From Macrostomum lignano (taxonomy: Eukaryota), in contig NIVC01001253.1 of the NCBI GenBank assembly GCA_002269645.1, positions 124,001-188,000 on the forward strand: a stretch of DNA of 64,000 nt, given 5' to 3'. Every line of letters begins with the position of its first letter. Within the stretch, counting starts at the first letter, position 1. Below, piece by piece: positions 29,108-40,439 of the stretch. A program made the position numbers and the translations under genes. The notes under the pieces were generated by a model. It was not told where the DNA came from and ran no database searches. It saw only the letters and a list, made by a program, of their open reading frames with translations.

Positions 29108-29625
29108 GCCGCTCTGACAGCAGCCGTGACTGACATCTGCCACTCTGACAGCAACCGTGACTGACATCTGCCACTCTGACAGCAGCCGTGACTGACATCT
29201 GCCACTCTGACAGCAACCGTGACTGACATCTGCCACTCTGACAGCAGCCGTGACTGACATCTGCCACTCTGACAGCAGCCGTAGCTGACATCTGCCACTC
29301 TGACAGCAGCCGTGACTGACATCTGCCACTCTGACAGCAGCCGTAACTGACATCTGCCACTCTGACAGCAGCCGTGACTGACATCTGCCACTCTGACAGC
29401 AGCCGTAACTGACATCTGCCACTCTGACAGCAACCGTGACTGACATCTGCCACTCTGACAGCAACCGTGACTGACATCTGCCACTCTGACAGCAGCCGTG
29501 ACTGACATCTGCCACTCTGACAGCAGCCGTAACTGACATCTGCCACTCTGACAGCAGCCGTGACTGACATCTGCCACTCTGACAGCAGCCGTGACTGACA
29601 TCTGCCAGTGTGACAGTTACTCTGA
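29108..29625. repeat. 31-bp minisatellite (GTGACTGACATCTGCCACTCTGACAGCAGCC) upstream of ANK-cGLR copy 1
   Basis: Period 31 (29161 and 29192). Confidence 0.95.
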
Positions 29626-29798
29626 CAGCAGCCAAGAATCACAGGTATGATTCACCAGCTTTACACCCATCTAACTCCATCGCCTCCCTACTCTATACTC
29701 TCCCTACTCTCCCTACTCCCTACTCCGCCTCATTATTCTCCTTCCTCTATTCCTATTCCTACTCTTTCCCCTCACAGCTAACTGTCAACAGTCACACA

Positions 29799-32700
29799 AT
29801 GGGCCAAAACCTCAGCTTCGGCTCTTTTGTCCAAACCCATCGAGCTGTCACCAGCGGCAACATCACAGCAGTGAAAGCTCAATTGTGGCTTCGCCTAGTA
29901 CAAACATGGAAGACCGACTTTTGCATTGAAAACACTGGACTAGCTGCAGAGCATGGTCAGTTGGGAGTCATCAAGCTTCTCCTACCAAATATCGCTGACG
30001 AGACAAAACGAGATGATTGCTGCATCAAAGCTGCAGAATCTGCTGCAAGAAATGGTTACTCTGAGATCGTAAGTTTTCTCGTTCCGAAAGTTGCAGACCA
30101 AACAAAAAGAGATGATTGCTGCATCAAAGCTGCAGAATGTGCTGCAAGAAATGGTCACTTTAAAATCGTAAACTTACTTTTTTCGACAGTGGTTGACCAA
30201 ACAAAAATAGATGATTGGTGCATCGACGCTGCTATATATGCTTCAAGAAATAATGAGTGGGAAGTCGTCAAGTTTCTCGTGCACAGAATTGCGGTTGAAA
30301 TATCTCTTCCGATAAATGGTGAGTTACAAGTCATCAAGATTCTGGTGGCGACAGTCCCTGACCAAACAAAAATAGATGATTGGTGCATCGACGCTGCTAT
30401 AAATGCTGCAAGGTATAATCAGTGGGAAGACGTAAAGTTTCTCGTGCCGAAAGTCGCTGACCAAACAAAAAGAGTTGATTGCTGCATCGATGCTGCAGAA
30501 TCTGCTGCAAGGATTGGGCACCTAGAAATCGTCAAGTTTCTTGTCGAGACAGTCGATGACCAAATTAAAAAAGATGATTTATGCATCCAAGCTGCCCAAT
30601 CTGCTGCAATCTATGGTCAATGGGAAGTCGTCAAGTTTCTTCTCCAGACAGTCGATGACCAAACTAAAAAAGATGATTCCTGCATCCAAGCTGCCCCATC
30701 TGCTGCTAGAAATGGTCAATGGGAAGTCGTCAAGTTTCTTGTCCAGACAGTCGCTAACCAAACTAAAAAAGATGATTTATGCATCCAAGCTGCCCAATCT
30801 GCTGCAATCTATGGTCAATGGGAAGTCGTCAAGTTTCTTCTCCAGACAGTCGATGACCAAACTAAAAAAGATGATTCTTGCATCCAAGCTGCCCCATCTG
30901 CTGCTAGAAATGGTCAATGGGAAGTCGTCAAGTTTCTTGTCCAGACAGTCGCTGACCAAACTAAAAAAGATGATTTATGCATCCGAGCTGCCGATTCTGC
31001 TGCAAGATTTGGTCGCCTAGAGGTCGTTAAAGTTTCTTGTCCAGAAAGTTGCTGACCAAATTAAAAAAGATGATTCTTGCCTCAAAGCTGCCAAATCTGC
31101 TGCAAGAAATGGTCACCTAGAAGTCGTCAAGTTTCTTGTCGAGACAGTCGATGACCAAACTAAAACGGATGATTTCTGCATCCAAGCTGCCCAATCTGCT
31201 GCAATCTATGGTCAATGGGAAGTCGTCAAGTTTCTTCTCCAGACAGTCGATGACCAAACAAAAATAGATGATTGGTGCATCGACGCTGCTATATATGCTG
31301 CAAGGTATAATCAGTGGGAAGACGTAAAGTTTCTCGTGCCGAAAGTCGCTGACCAAACAAAAAGAGTTGATTGCTGCATCGATGCTGCAGAATCTGCTGC
31401 AAGGATTGGGCACCTAGAAATCGTCAAGTTTCTTGTCGAGACAGTCGATGACCAAATTAAAAAAGATGATTTATGCATCCAAGCTGCCCAATTTGCTGCA
31501 ATCTATGGTCAATGGGAAGTCGTCAAGTTTCTTCTCCAGACAGTCGATGACCAAACTAAAAAAGATGATTCTTGCATCCAAGCTGCCCAATCTGCTGCAA
31601 GAAGTGGTCACCTAAAAGTCGTCAAGTTTCTTGTCCAGGCAGTCGATGACCAAACTAAAAAAGATGATTCCTGCATCCAAGCTGCCGATTCCGCTGCAAT
31701 GGGGGGTCACCTAGAAGTCGTCAAGATCCTTGTCCAGACAGTTGCTGATCGAACTAAAAAAGATGATTCCTGCATCCGAGCTGCCCATTCTGCTGCAATC
31801 TTTGGTCAATGGGAAGTCGTCAAGTTTCTTGTCCAGACAGTCGCTGACCAAACTAAAAAAGATGATTCTTGCATCCAAGCTGCCCCATCTGCTGCTAGAA
31901 ATGGTCAATGGGAAGTCGTCAAGTTTCTTGTCCAGACAGTCGCTAACCAAACTAAAAAAGATGATTTATGCATCCAAGCTGCCCCATCTGCTGCTAGAAA
32001 TGGTCAATGGGAAGTCGTCAAGTTTCTTGTCCAGACAGTCGCTAACCAAACTAAAAAAGATGATTTATGCATCCGAGCTGCCGATTCTGCTGCAAGATTT
32101 GGTCGCCTAGAGGTCGTCAAGTTTCTTGTCCAGACAGTCGCTAACCAAACTAAAAAAGATGATTTATGCATCCGAGCTGCCCATTCTGCTGCAATCTTTG
32201 GTCAATGGGAAGTCGTCAAGTTTCTTCTCCAGACAGTCGATGACCAAACAAAAATAGATGATTGTTGCATCGACGCTGCTATATATGCTGCAAGGTATAA
32301 TCAGTGGGAAGACGTAAAGTTTCTCGTGCCGAAAGTCGCTGACCAAACAAAAAGAGTTGATTGCTGCATCGATGCTGCAGAATCTGCTGCAAGGATTGGA
32401 CACCTAGAAATCGTCAAGTTTCTTGTCGAGACAGTCGATGACCAAATTAAAAAAGATGATTTATGCATCCAAGCTGCCCAATTTGCTGCAATCTATGGTC
32501 AATGGGAAGTCGTCAAGTTTCTTCTCCAGACAGTCGATGACCAAACAAAAATAGATGATTGTTGCATCGACGCTGCTATATATGCTGCAAGGTATAATCA
32601 GTGGGAAGACGTAAAGTTTCTCGTGCCGAAAGTTGCTGACCAAACTAAAAAAGATGATTCTTGCATCCAAGCTGCCCAATCTGCTGCAATCTATGGTCAA

Positions 32701-34115
32701 TGGGAAGTCGTCAAGTTTCTTGTCCAGACAGTCGCTGACCAAACTAAAACGGATGATTTCTGCATCCAAGCTGCCCAATCTGCTGCAATAAAAGGTCACC
32801 TAGAAGTCGTCAAGTTTCTTGTCCAGGCAGTCGATGACCAAACTAAAAAAGATGATTCCTGCATCCAAGCTGCCGATTCCGCTGCAATGGGGGGTCACCT
32901 AGAAGTCGTCAAGATCCTTGTCCAGACAGTTGCTGATCGAACTAAAAAAGATGATTCCTGCATCCGAGCTGCCCATTCTGCTGCAATCTTTGGTCAATGG
33001 GAAGTCGTCAAGTTTCTTGTCCAGACAGTCGCTGACCAAACTAAAAAAGATGATTCTTGCATCCAAGCTGCCCCATCTGCTGCTAGAAATGGTCAATGGG
33101 AAGTCGTCAAGTTTCTTGTCCAGACAGTCGCTAACCAAACTAAAAAAGATGATTTATGCATCCGAGCTGCCGATTCTGCTGCAAGATTTGGTCGCCTAGA
33201 GGTCGTCAAGTTTCTTGTCCAGAAAGTTGCTGACCAAACTAAAAAAGATGATTCTTGCATCCAAGCTGCCCAATCTGCTGCAAGAAGTGGTCACCTAGAA
33301 GTCGTCAAGTTTCTGCAGACAGTCGCTGATCCAACTAAAAAAGATGATTTATGCCTCAAAGCTGCCAAATCTGCTGCAAGAAGTGGTCACCTAGAAGTCG
33401 TCAAGTTTCTTCTAGAGACAATTGCTGAGAAAACTAAAAAAGATTATTTATGCATCCAAGCTGCCGAATCTGCTGCTAAAAATGGTCAATTAGAAGTCGT
33501 CAAATTTCTTATCGCGTGCCTCTCGAGTCCATATCAGAGAGCGAATCTCCGTTTCCGATGCGTAGTCGCGGCTTGCTCCTATCTTCAGGAAAACTTCGTT
33601 GTCTTCCTCGGCCTCGAGCCCGACTGGTTCTTCAAATCCAGCTCCATCCTCAGCTTCACTGCAGCAATGGCCATCGAAGGCAGGAACTCTGTTCTCACCG
33701 ACACCCTCTCTCGAATGCAGCCAGCTCACATCACACAGCTTCTCCGTCTCTCCATCTCTCAAAGACACGTCGCTCTTACTGTCACACTGATCAATAAAAA
33801 GCGAGTCAGCACACAGTATGTCGATCTGCCAGACAGCACTGGAGCCACTGCTCTCATGCTGGCAGCTGATGCAGGTCATCACGAGCTCATTGAGAAACTC
33901 ATCGATCTCGGTGCGTCAGTGCGTGCTGAAGACAGTCAGGGTCGGACTGCTCTGTCACGAGCGTGCGAAGCCGGTCACGCGCGAGCAGCCAAGTCTCTGA
34001 TGGATAGAGGAGCGGATGAGAGTCATCGAGACGGTCGGGGTCAGACGTGTGCGCAGGTGGCACAGCGATTTGAGCAGCGGCAGGTGCTGCGGCTTCTAGA
34101 TCCCACCGGTGCAGG
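29799..34115 (+). pseudogene. ANK-cGLR copy 1, coding exon 1: MGQNLS start, ~37 ankyrin-like 33-aa repeats, then canonical ankyrins; one +1 frameshift at ~31028-31031
   Basis: Acceptor CTCACAG| at 29777, ATG at 29799. The 99-bp units encode AAxxGxxEVVKFLxQTVxDQTKKDDxCIxAAxS. C-terminal canonical ANKs (DSTGATALMLAA, DSQGRTALSRAC). GAG GTC GTT AAA G has one extra base versus GAG GTC GTC AAG in sister units; the frame after it is open to the phase-2 donor GG|GTGAG at 34115/34116. May be functional if the indel is an assembly error. Confidence 0.8.
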
Positions 34116-34780
34116 GTGAGTTTTTTAGTGCGGCTAACGAAGGGGCCTGAGAGCAATCTGGAGCTGGCTAAGAAGTTCGATAAAGTGGACTGCAGGGGTT
34201 CTCATTAGAATTATAGAGCTTCTAACCGGAGTGCACGCGGGAGGGGAGATAAAACAGAAGGGGGGGTAGGAAAATGGGACTTAAGTAGCCACCAAAGACA
34301 AAAACAACAGGGTCGATCGCGACTCGAGTCTGTGCAGCCAATCACGCGTGAGACGGGTGTAACACCAACACAAACAGAAATGAAATTAGAAATCAAGCCT
34401 CAGCCAACCAGGCCCTAAAAGGCTGGGCTGTGGTGCCCCCACTCTGGCCGGCGAAGAGTGAAAATAAAGGGATGACAACCGCCAGTGCAATGAATCAGGG
34501 CTGGCTTAGGCGCGGCGCATTCACCACACAACTGGCAATGCATTTCTACTTTTCTCATTGAGTATATTGCGAAATTCAGTGTGCAGTGTGTCAAATTTAT
34601 TTGCTCCTCGAACTCAATTACTTGGCTCAGTTTCTCTCCCGTGAAAAGCCTGTATGGCTCTCATTCCCGCATTGCAGAAGCCCAGAGGCCCGGCAGGCAG
34701 CCGCTAACCGTTTGGATTCGGGCCTCCATCGGTGAGTCTGGCCGGTTCCGCTTTCACTGCCGCATTGCGCCTTCCAGCTC

Positions 34781-35544
34781 TGTTGTGTCCCGAGACGGAC
34801 CAGCCAGCTTCGTCTCGCGCTCTGTACGAGCAGGGAGACTCAGCCCAGTCCTGCTGCTTGCCAACCCACTGTCGCACAAACGCGCAGGCAGAAGGCCGGC
34901 AACCAGGGTCGCAGCAAACGCACAGGCCCTGGTGACGATGACCTAATGGAGCTAGAGCCCAAATAACAAAAGCAGAACGATACTTACTACGGCTTAGGTT
35001 GCTCACTCGGTGCTCAAAGCGTCTATGTTTGAATACGATTGCTAGCACAATTTTATATTGTTTTTATTGGTTTTGGTCGGAGCGCCGAAGGAGCCAGAGG
35101 AGAAACGATCAAAGGGTCAGCGAGGGGGAGGGGACAGGAGCGCACACCAATAAATATGTCAGTACAACATGGGGTGGGGCAAAAGCTGCAGGGTAAGAGA
35201 AAAGGCGGGGTGGGCAGAGAGAGCGAGCGGGGATTGGCTGCAGCCACACAGAACGCGACTGGGGGTAGAAAACAAGAATTGCAGATAACAGTGACAGCCA
35301 ATGAGAGGGCACGGAGGGGAGGGATAATAATAATCAGGGGTGAGAAAATCGCAGACAAAGGCTAAACAACTACAATAATAATTCATCAATTGATTAGGTC
35401 TAGTGCAGTGGCACCAAAATTAAGTAAGTACTTTATGAAAATAGCTCACAACAAGTTGCTAGCATGGAAGGGGTGGGGAGGGTTGGCAGAGGGAGAGAGA
35501 GAGCTACCGTATGGGCAAGTACATTGAGTTACAAATTCACAACA
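34781..35544. mobile_element. 764-bp solo-LTR-like insertion in copy 1 intron
   Basis: TGTTGTG...CACAACA terminal inverted repeat; absent from the paralogous intron (53175-53190); CAGC at 34775-34778 and 35545-35548 (2 nt offset on the left, so the TSD is imperfect). Confidence 0.55.
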
Positions 35545-35676
35545 CAGCAGGCAGACAGCTTGAGGCAGAAATTGCAGCCGGGTTGAGATTGGGTTAGTAG
35601 GAGCTGAATGCTGCTGCACTCTCAGCTCTCCTGCTTAAGATTCCGGTCTGAGTGCTGCAGCAGCTGCAACTCTCAG

Positions 35677-36113
35677 CTCTCCTGCTTGTTCTGTCCATCC
35701 AACTCTGAGCAATTCACCCACACGCATCTCGGATCATTCCAGGCTCTCAGACGACTCCCAGCAAGACAGGCGCCTGAGCGAGGAGCTGCATCGACTGCTC
35801 AGCGAGGCGGGATTCACCGAGCAGAGAGCAAAGTGTCAGCAAAGACTGGCTGACTGGCTGGAAGGAGCCGCTCGAGTCCTCACACAGGATGACAGGCGGA
35901 TGACGGGCAGCTACGCAGAGGGCTGGGCCAACAGTCTGGTGCAAGTGAACGGCAGGACAGCTGCAGACTCGGATATTGACTGGACTGTGCTGGTTGCTGG
36001 GCAAAAGTTTCATCTGGAAGGTGGCTGCAAACAAAATAGTAGCCAGGACTTTTGCAGATACGACACTTGTCTGAAGATCAAGGAGGGCCACGCACAGGTG
36101 TCAGTGGGAGCTG
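35677..36113 (+). CDS. ANK-cGLR copy 1, exon 2: nucleotidyltransferase core (cGAS/Mab-21 family N-lobe)
   Basis: GSYAEG at 35906 and DSDID (DxD 35972-35980). Phase-2 acceptor at 35677 or 35743 (ambiguous); phase-1 donor G|GTGAG at 36113/36114. Confidence 0.85.
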
Positions 36114-36475
36114 GTGAGTGAGGCTGGGTTTATCATCAAAGTATTTGAAATTCACAAGGCATTCAGAGCTGCCTCATACCTTTAAAGTGTGACAAAATAA
36201 GCCGAAGCCGCCCTTCCCTTTGACTGCCTGATTGGTGCCTTGCTGCTGGGCACTGAGTCCTGATGATGCTTGAGCTGAAAACTGAGAAAGCCTGTCCTGT
36301 CCTATTGCTATGCAATCAAATCAAGAATTAAAAAATAAAAAGCTTTAAAAAGTTGTAAAATCCGGTAAATCGCATCAACTCCGATGAGTTCATGGGTTTT
36401 GAAAAACTAAAAAAGCAGTTTCAAACAAAGCCATATTTTCACTCGCCACAATCTGACTCTCAATGCGCTCTGCAG

Positions 36476-38250
36476 GCAGCCAACCTGCAGTGACAGCCAC
36501 GACGTGCGGTGTGCGGCCTGCACAGGACACGTGCCATGCGATCCGGTGCTGCAGCAGTTTTTGTAAGGATAGAATTGCAAAACTGCTTGGAGAAAGTCCT
36601 AATAATGTTCACCTCGTTCGGGCGACCAGACCGAGCTCGACCAACGAGCTCAGAGTGAGCTTCAGCTTCCAAGAGAAACGGATCATGAGACGGCTGAGCA
36701 CAGTCCAGGGCCAGCTGTTCACACTCATCAAGTTCATCTTCAAGACACACTTGCCGCTCACTCTGGACACGCCTGGACTCAAGACATACCATGCAAAGAC
36801 TCTGCTATTCACAATGCTGGAGAAGCATGGCACAGATCCTGAAACTGAGGCTTGGAAGCCCCACAATCTGATCGCTCTGCTCAAGGAGTCTCTCGACATG
36901 ATGCTGAGCTTCATCGACTCGAGCAGCTCGCCCGACGAGTGCATGCCGCACTTCTTCATGCCCGACGCTCCGCTCTACTTCAAGAACGCTGGAATCGGCG
37001 GCGACTTCGACAACACGAAGGCGAGGGTTCGAGACCGACTTTGCGAGTTGAGAAGCGACATCAGCGGAGTGGTGGAGCAGCTGATGAGACTCGTGAGACC
37101 TCTGCAGTCAGAGAAGTTCTACTTTCACCCGTTTACTCTGCTTCCTCTGACAGCGCCGCCTGCTGTCACAGAGATCTCGGAAGGAATTTATTCAAAGTTC
37201 GCACACGTGTACAGTGTGGTGCACCAGTGTGTGAGCGAGCTGCAGTCGGAATCGAGCGACAGAGACACCCTGATGAGGCACCTCAGTCTTCTGCATGAGC
37301 TTAAGTGGTGCAAGTGCGCCGCCCTGTGCATGACCGCCATGGCGCATTTGAAGTTCGGAGAATCTGAGGAGGCTGAGAGACTCGCGATGGAGCTGCAGAG
37401 ACATCAGGTTGAGTCAGGGTTGAGGCCACAGGATATTCGAGACGAGAGTAGCATGTACGGGATCAAGATAAAACTGTCAGCAGACTCAGACTGGGCGTGG
37501 AGGTTCTGCCTCCCCTGCGACTCTCCGCCTCGCTTCCCATTCCTTCCCGAGTTCACGCAGACTCTGTTTACAGCCAGACTTTCGCAGCCTCTCTCCTCCC
37601 ATCTGTACGTGAACTTCCGCTGCCTGAGCTGGAGTCTCCAAGCTGAGCTGCTCCGCAATCGCGCACCTGCAATCGCATTCGATCATTGGATTGAACAGCT
37701 GCTTGGAGACCCGGAGTTGGAAGAGCTGCAGAGATATCGGCGCTTGGAGGAGCTGCGGAGATACCCGCTCTTGCAGGTGCGGAGATACCCGGACTTGAAG
37801 GTGCTGCATGGAGACCCGGACTTGGAGGAGCTGCTCACTCTGGCTCACTACAGTGACTGCCGCGAGCACGTGGAGCTCAGCCTGCAGCAGATGGAGACGA
37901 TCGAGGAAGAGAGACGCGTCGCCATGGAGACGCAGGACGAGGAGAAGATCGGCTGGGTCAGACAGAAGCGGTGGCGAGTTTCGAACCGGAGCGGCAGCGA
38001 CAGCGGCGCTCACCGCAGCAGGGAAGATGAGGAGCGGAGGCTGTGGACGTGGGCGAGGCTGGGGCGAGACGGGGCCGACTTGGGTCGCCTTGTTGCCATG
38101 GAAACTGCAGCGGAGCAGAGAGACAGCTGGACTCACGCCAAGCTCAGTCGAATGAGACTGATGAGGTTCGACAGACTTGATGCAGCAGCCGGAGTCCTCA
38201 AAGTCGAGTCACAACGTCGAGGCCGGAAAAGGAAGGCTGAGTCAGACTGA
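36476..38250 (+). CDS. ANK-cGLR copy 1, exon 3: Mab-21 domain plus helical C-terminal extension
   Basis: Phase-1 acceptor TCTGCAG| at 36475. Third Asp in QDTCHAI (36526-36528). Mab-21 hallmarks RVSFSFQEK, LKTYHAKTLLF, W...L..LL...L, CMPHFFMP. Stop at 38250. Confidence 0.88.
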
Positions 38251-38387
38251 CTGCCCGCTGCGGTGTTGCATGCTGACACAATTTTCATCTACTTTTTGTT
38301 TGTACTTTGGGTAGTCAGACTTTGCTGCTCAGATAACTGTGTTCTGAGTTCTCCTTATTTATTTCTGTATTGTCGTCTTAGTTCATC

Positions 38388-38517
38388 GAGGCTGTGGACG
38401 AGGACGAAGCTGCGGCGAGACGGGGCCGACTTGGGGCGCCTGGTTGCCATGGAAACTGCAGCGGAGCAGAGAGACAGCTGGACTCACGCCAAGCTCAGTC
38501 GGATGAGACTGCAGTGA
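38388..38517 (+). pseudogene. Tandem duplicate of the terminal ~40 codons of cGLR exon 3
   Basis: RLWTRTKLRRDGADLGRLVAMETAAEQRDSWTHAKLSRMRLQ* repeats 38035-38160 and matches the copy 2 ending. Confidence 0.85.
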
Positions 38518-40439
38518 CCTGAGGACGTAGCTCAGATTTACAAGTTTCGCTGGACTAGAATTTTAGACAAAAACTGTGCTTTACGACGTACCGTCTGGTT
38601 TTCTTTTTTTCTGTTGAAATTGGTTGAGTCGGTAAGTTTTTAAATTTTATGTGGATATTTTTTAATTCCAAAATATGCTTTGACAGTGAATAATCTTAGC
38701 TTATTGTGTACTGATTTTTGTTGTTGACTTAGTTGCTTTATCAGGAAATGAGCTCATCGAGAGCCATCAAGTGCGGGTAGTTTGTCGTAGTTTGAACGAA
38801 GCTGTCGGCAGAGTTTATTCAAGCACAGGAAATTATAACATAAGTGAGAGGCTGAGAACGAAAGCTTAAGAACGTATAGCTGGTTGCTACCATAGACATA
38901 AAAAGAATATGATTGGGTAAAGTGCAACAACGCTAGCTCTAGCTAGCAGTCACTACCACATAGTTCTCCTGCTATGAACTGCAGTTTTGCAAATTTGTGC
39001 TGCAATTCAATTCGCACTGCATGCTGAATTGCTTTTTCCGTTCAAACTGCGTGTCTGCTTTGATGCGGGCTTTTCTCTGCGATTTTTTTCTGCGGACTTC
39101 AATATCCAATTGCCAATGCTTTAAATGAACATATTCAAGCCAAGTGCACAGGTAGTAGTTACCTGCATGAACCTGGAAAATTCACAGGTCGGCTGGGAGA
39201 AGCTCAAGAGACTTGATGCAGCAGCTTGAGTTGAACTCGTAATTTTATTTTAATTTATCTGAACATATTTTAGATAATTTTAATGTACTTTCATTGCTTA
39301 AAATTTTGATGCTCCTGTTTTCCTGTAGTATTTAAGCACCTGCTCTCACAATCAGCTCAATCAGTCTGTAAATAAATGTACTTTTATCGTGTGTTCATGT
39401 ACTCTGCAGTGACTGACAGCCTGACAGCTCCCTCATGAACATCAGCTAGAATGCCACTATCATATCTATTGCTGTCCCAGTGATCATATTGGTAAATTGA
39501 ATGCTTTAAGCTGTACTCTGCTTTTTTAAATAATTTGCTTGCTTGCGACAATTTACTAATAAATTCTAAAATAATTGAAACTCTGTGCATCAATGTTGTG
39601 CGCTCATTACTTCTTTTTTTGTTTCAATGCTGCCTCAAGCTAAAACAAGCCCCAAATTCGCAGTTGCTATGGAAATCATCAAGATAATCAGGTTGCTAAG
39701 GAAACCGTATTTTTATAGCAACGCTGCTTGAATCGACAGCTCAGAATGCTTTTCAAAACTGTTTGAGTTTGTGTTTTTTATGCTCTGCAAGTCCACACCA
39801 CCACTCGTCACGGATGATGTGGCCTGCCAGCTGGAGTCGCCGATGGCGCAGCAGGTCGCTGGGACGGGACAGGCCAGTGCGGCGATGGAGTGCCGCTGTT
39901 GTTGTTGTCTTAGAGCCAAATGTGGAACTGTCTCTTCTTTGTCGTTAGTAGAACTTGATTGATCGTTTGATATTCCCTGGTTTTAGCTGCAAATGACATT
40001 GCTATTACTATTTTTGAACATGCAGCAGTCATTTGCCATGCGGGAATAATCAATAAATTGTTTGCCTATTAGCTGTCGCTTCCTTACCTTTTGCTTGCAA
40101 ATGTGGCTTGGCTTGTCAATTTGTTTAGACTGAAAATTCCCAAACAGTTTTCAAGCCCCAACCATTCTGCGCCCATCTTCATTCCTCTGCATCACTTGCA
40201 AACAGAAACTCGAACCAATAAAGTACATGCCTTATTCGAATGCATGTCTCATATCTTTTACCCGGAGCTCAAAGACAAACAGCTTCCGATGCTCAGCCAC
40301 TGAGCGTCACAGCGAGAGCCGCCTGAGCAATGCATGCCGCCTGCCCTGTGGCGGCTGCTGCAGCTGACATGCAGGCTGCTTTGCACCTTCTTGACGGAAT
40401 TGACCGCCTGTTGCCGAGCTGGAGATCAGAGCTGATGAC

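Noticed and set aside
31021-31040. Programmed ribosomal frameshift in the ankyrin array
   Set aside because: No X XXY YYZ slippery heptamer, and sister units lack the extra base; a simple indel explains it.
30155-33882. Antisense and alternate-frame ORFs over the ankyrin arrays (also over the protocadherin, Mab-21 exons and Gypsy pol)
   Set aside because: Shadows of the repetitive or GC-rich sense frames; no recognisable domains.
34117-34119. TGA here (and at 48583-48585) as true stop codons or Sec codons
   Set aside because: Both overlap a consensus GTGAG donor whose phase matches the downstream NTase exon; treated as intronic pending cDNA evidence.
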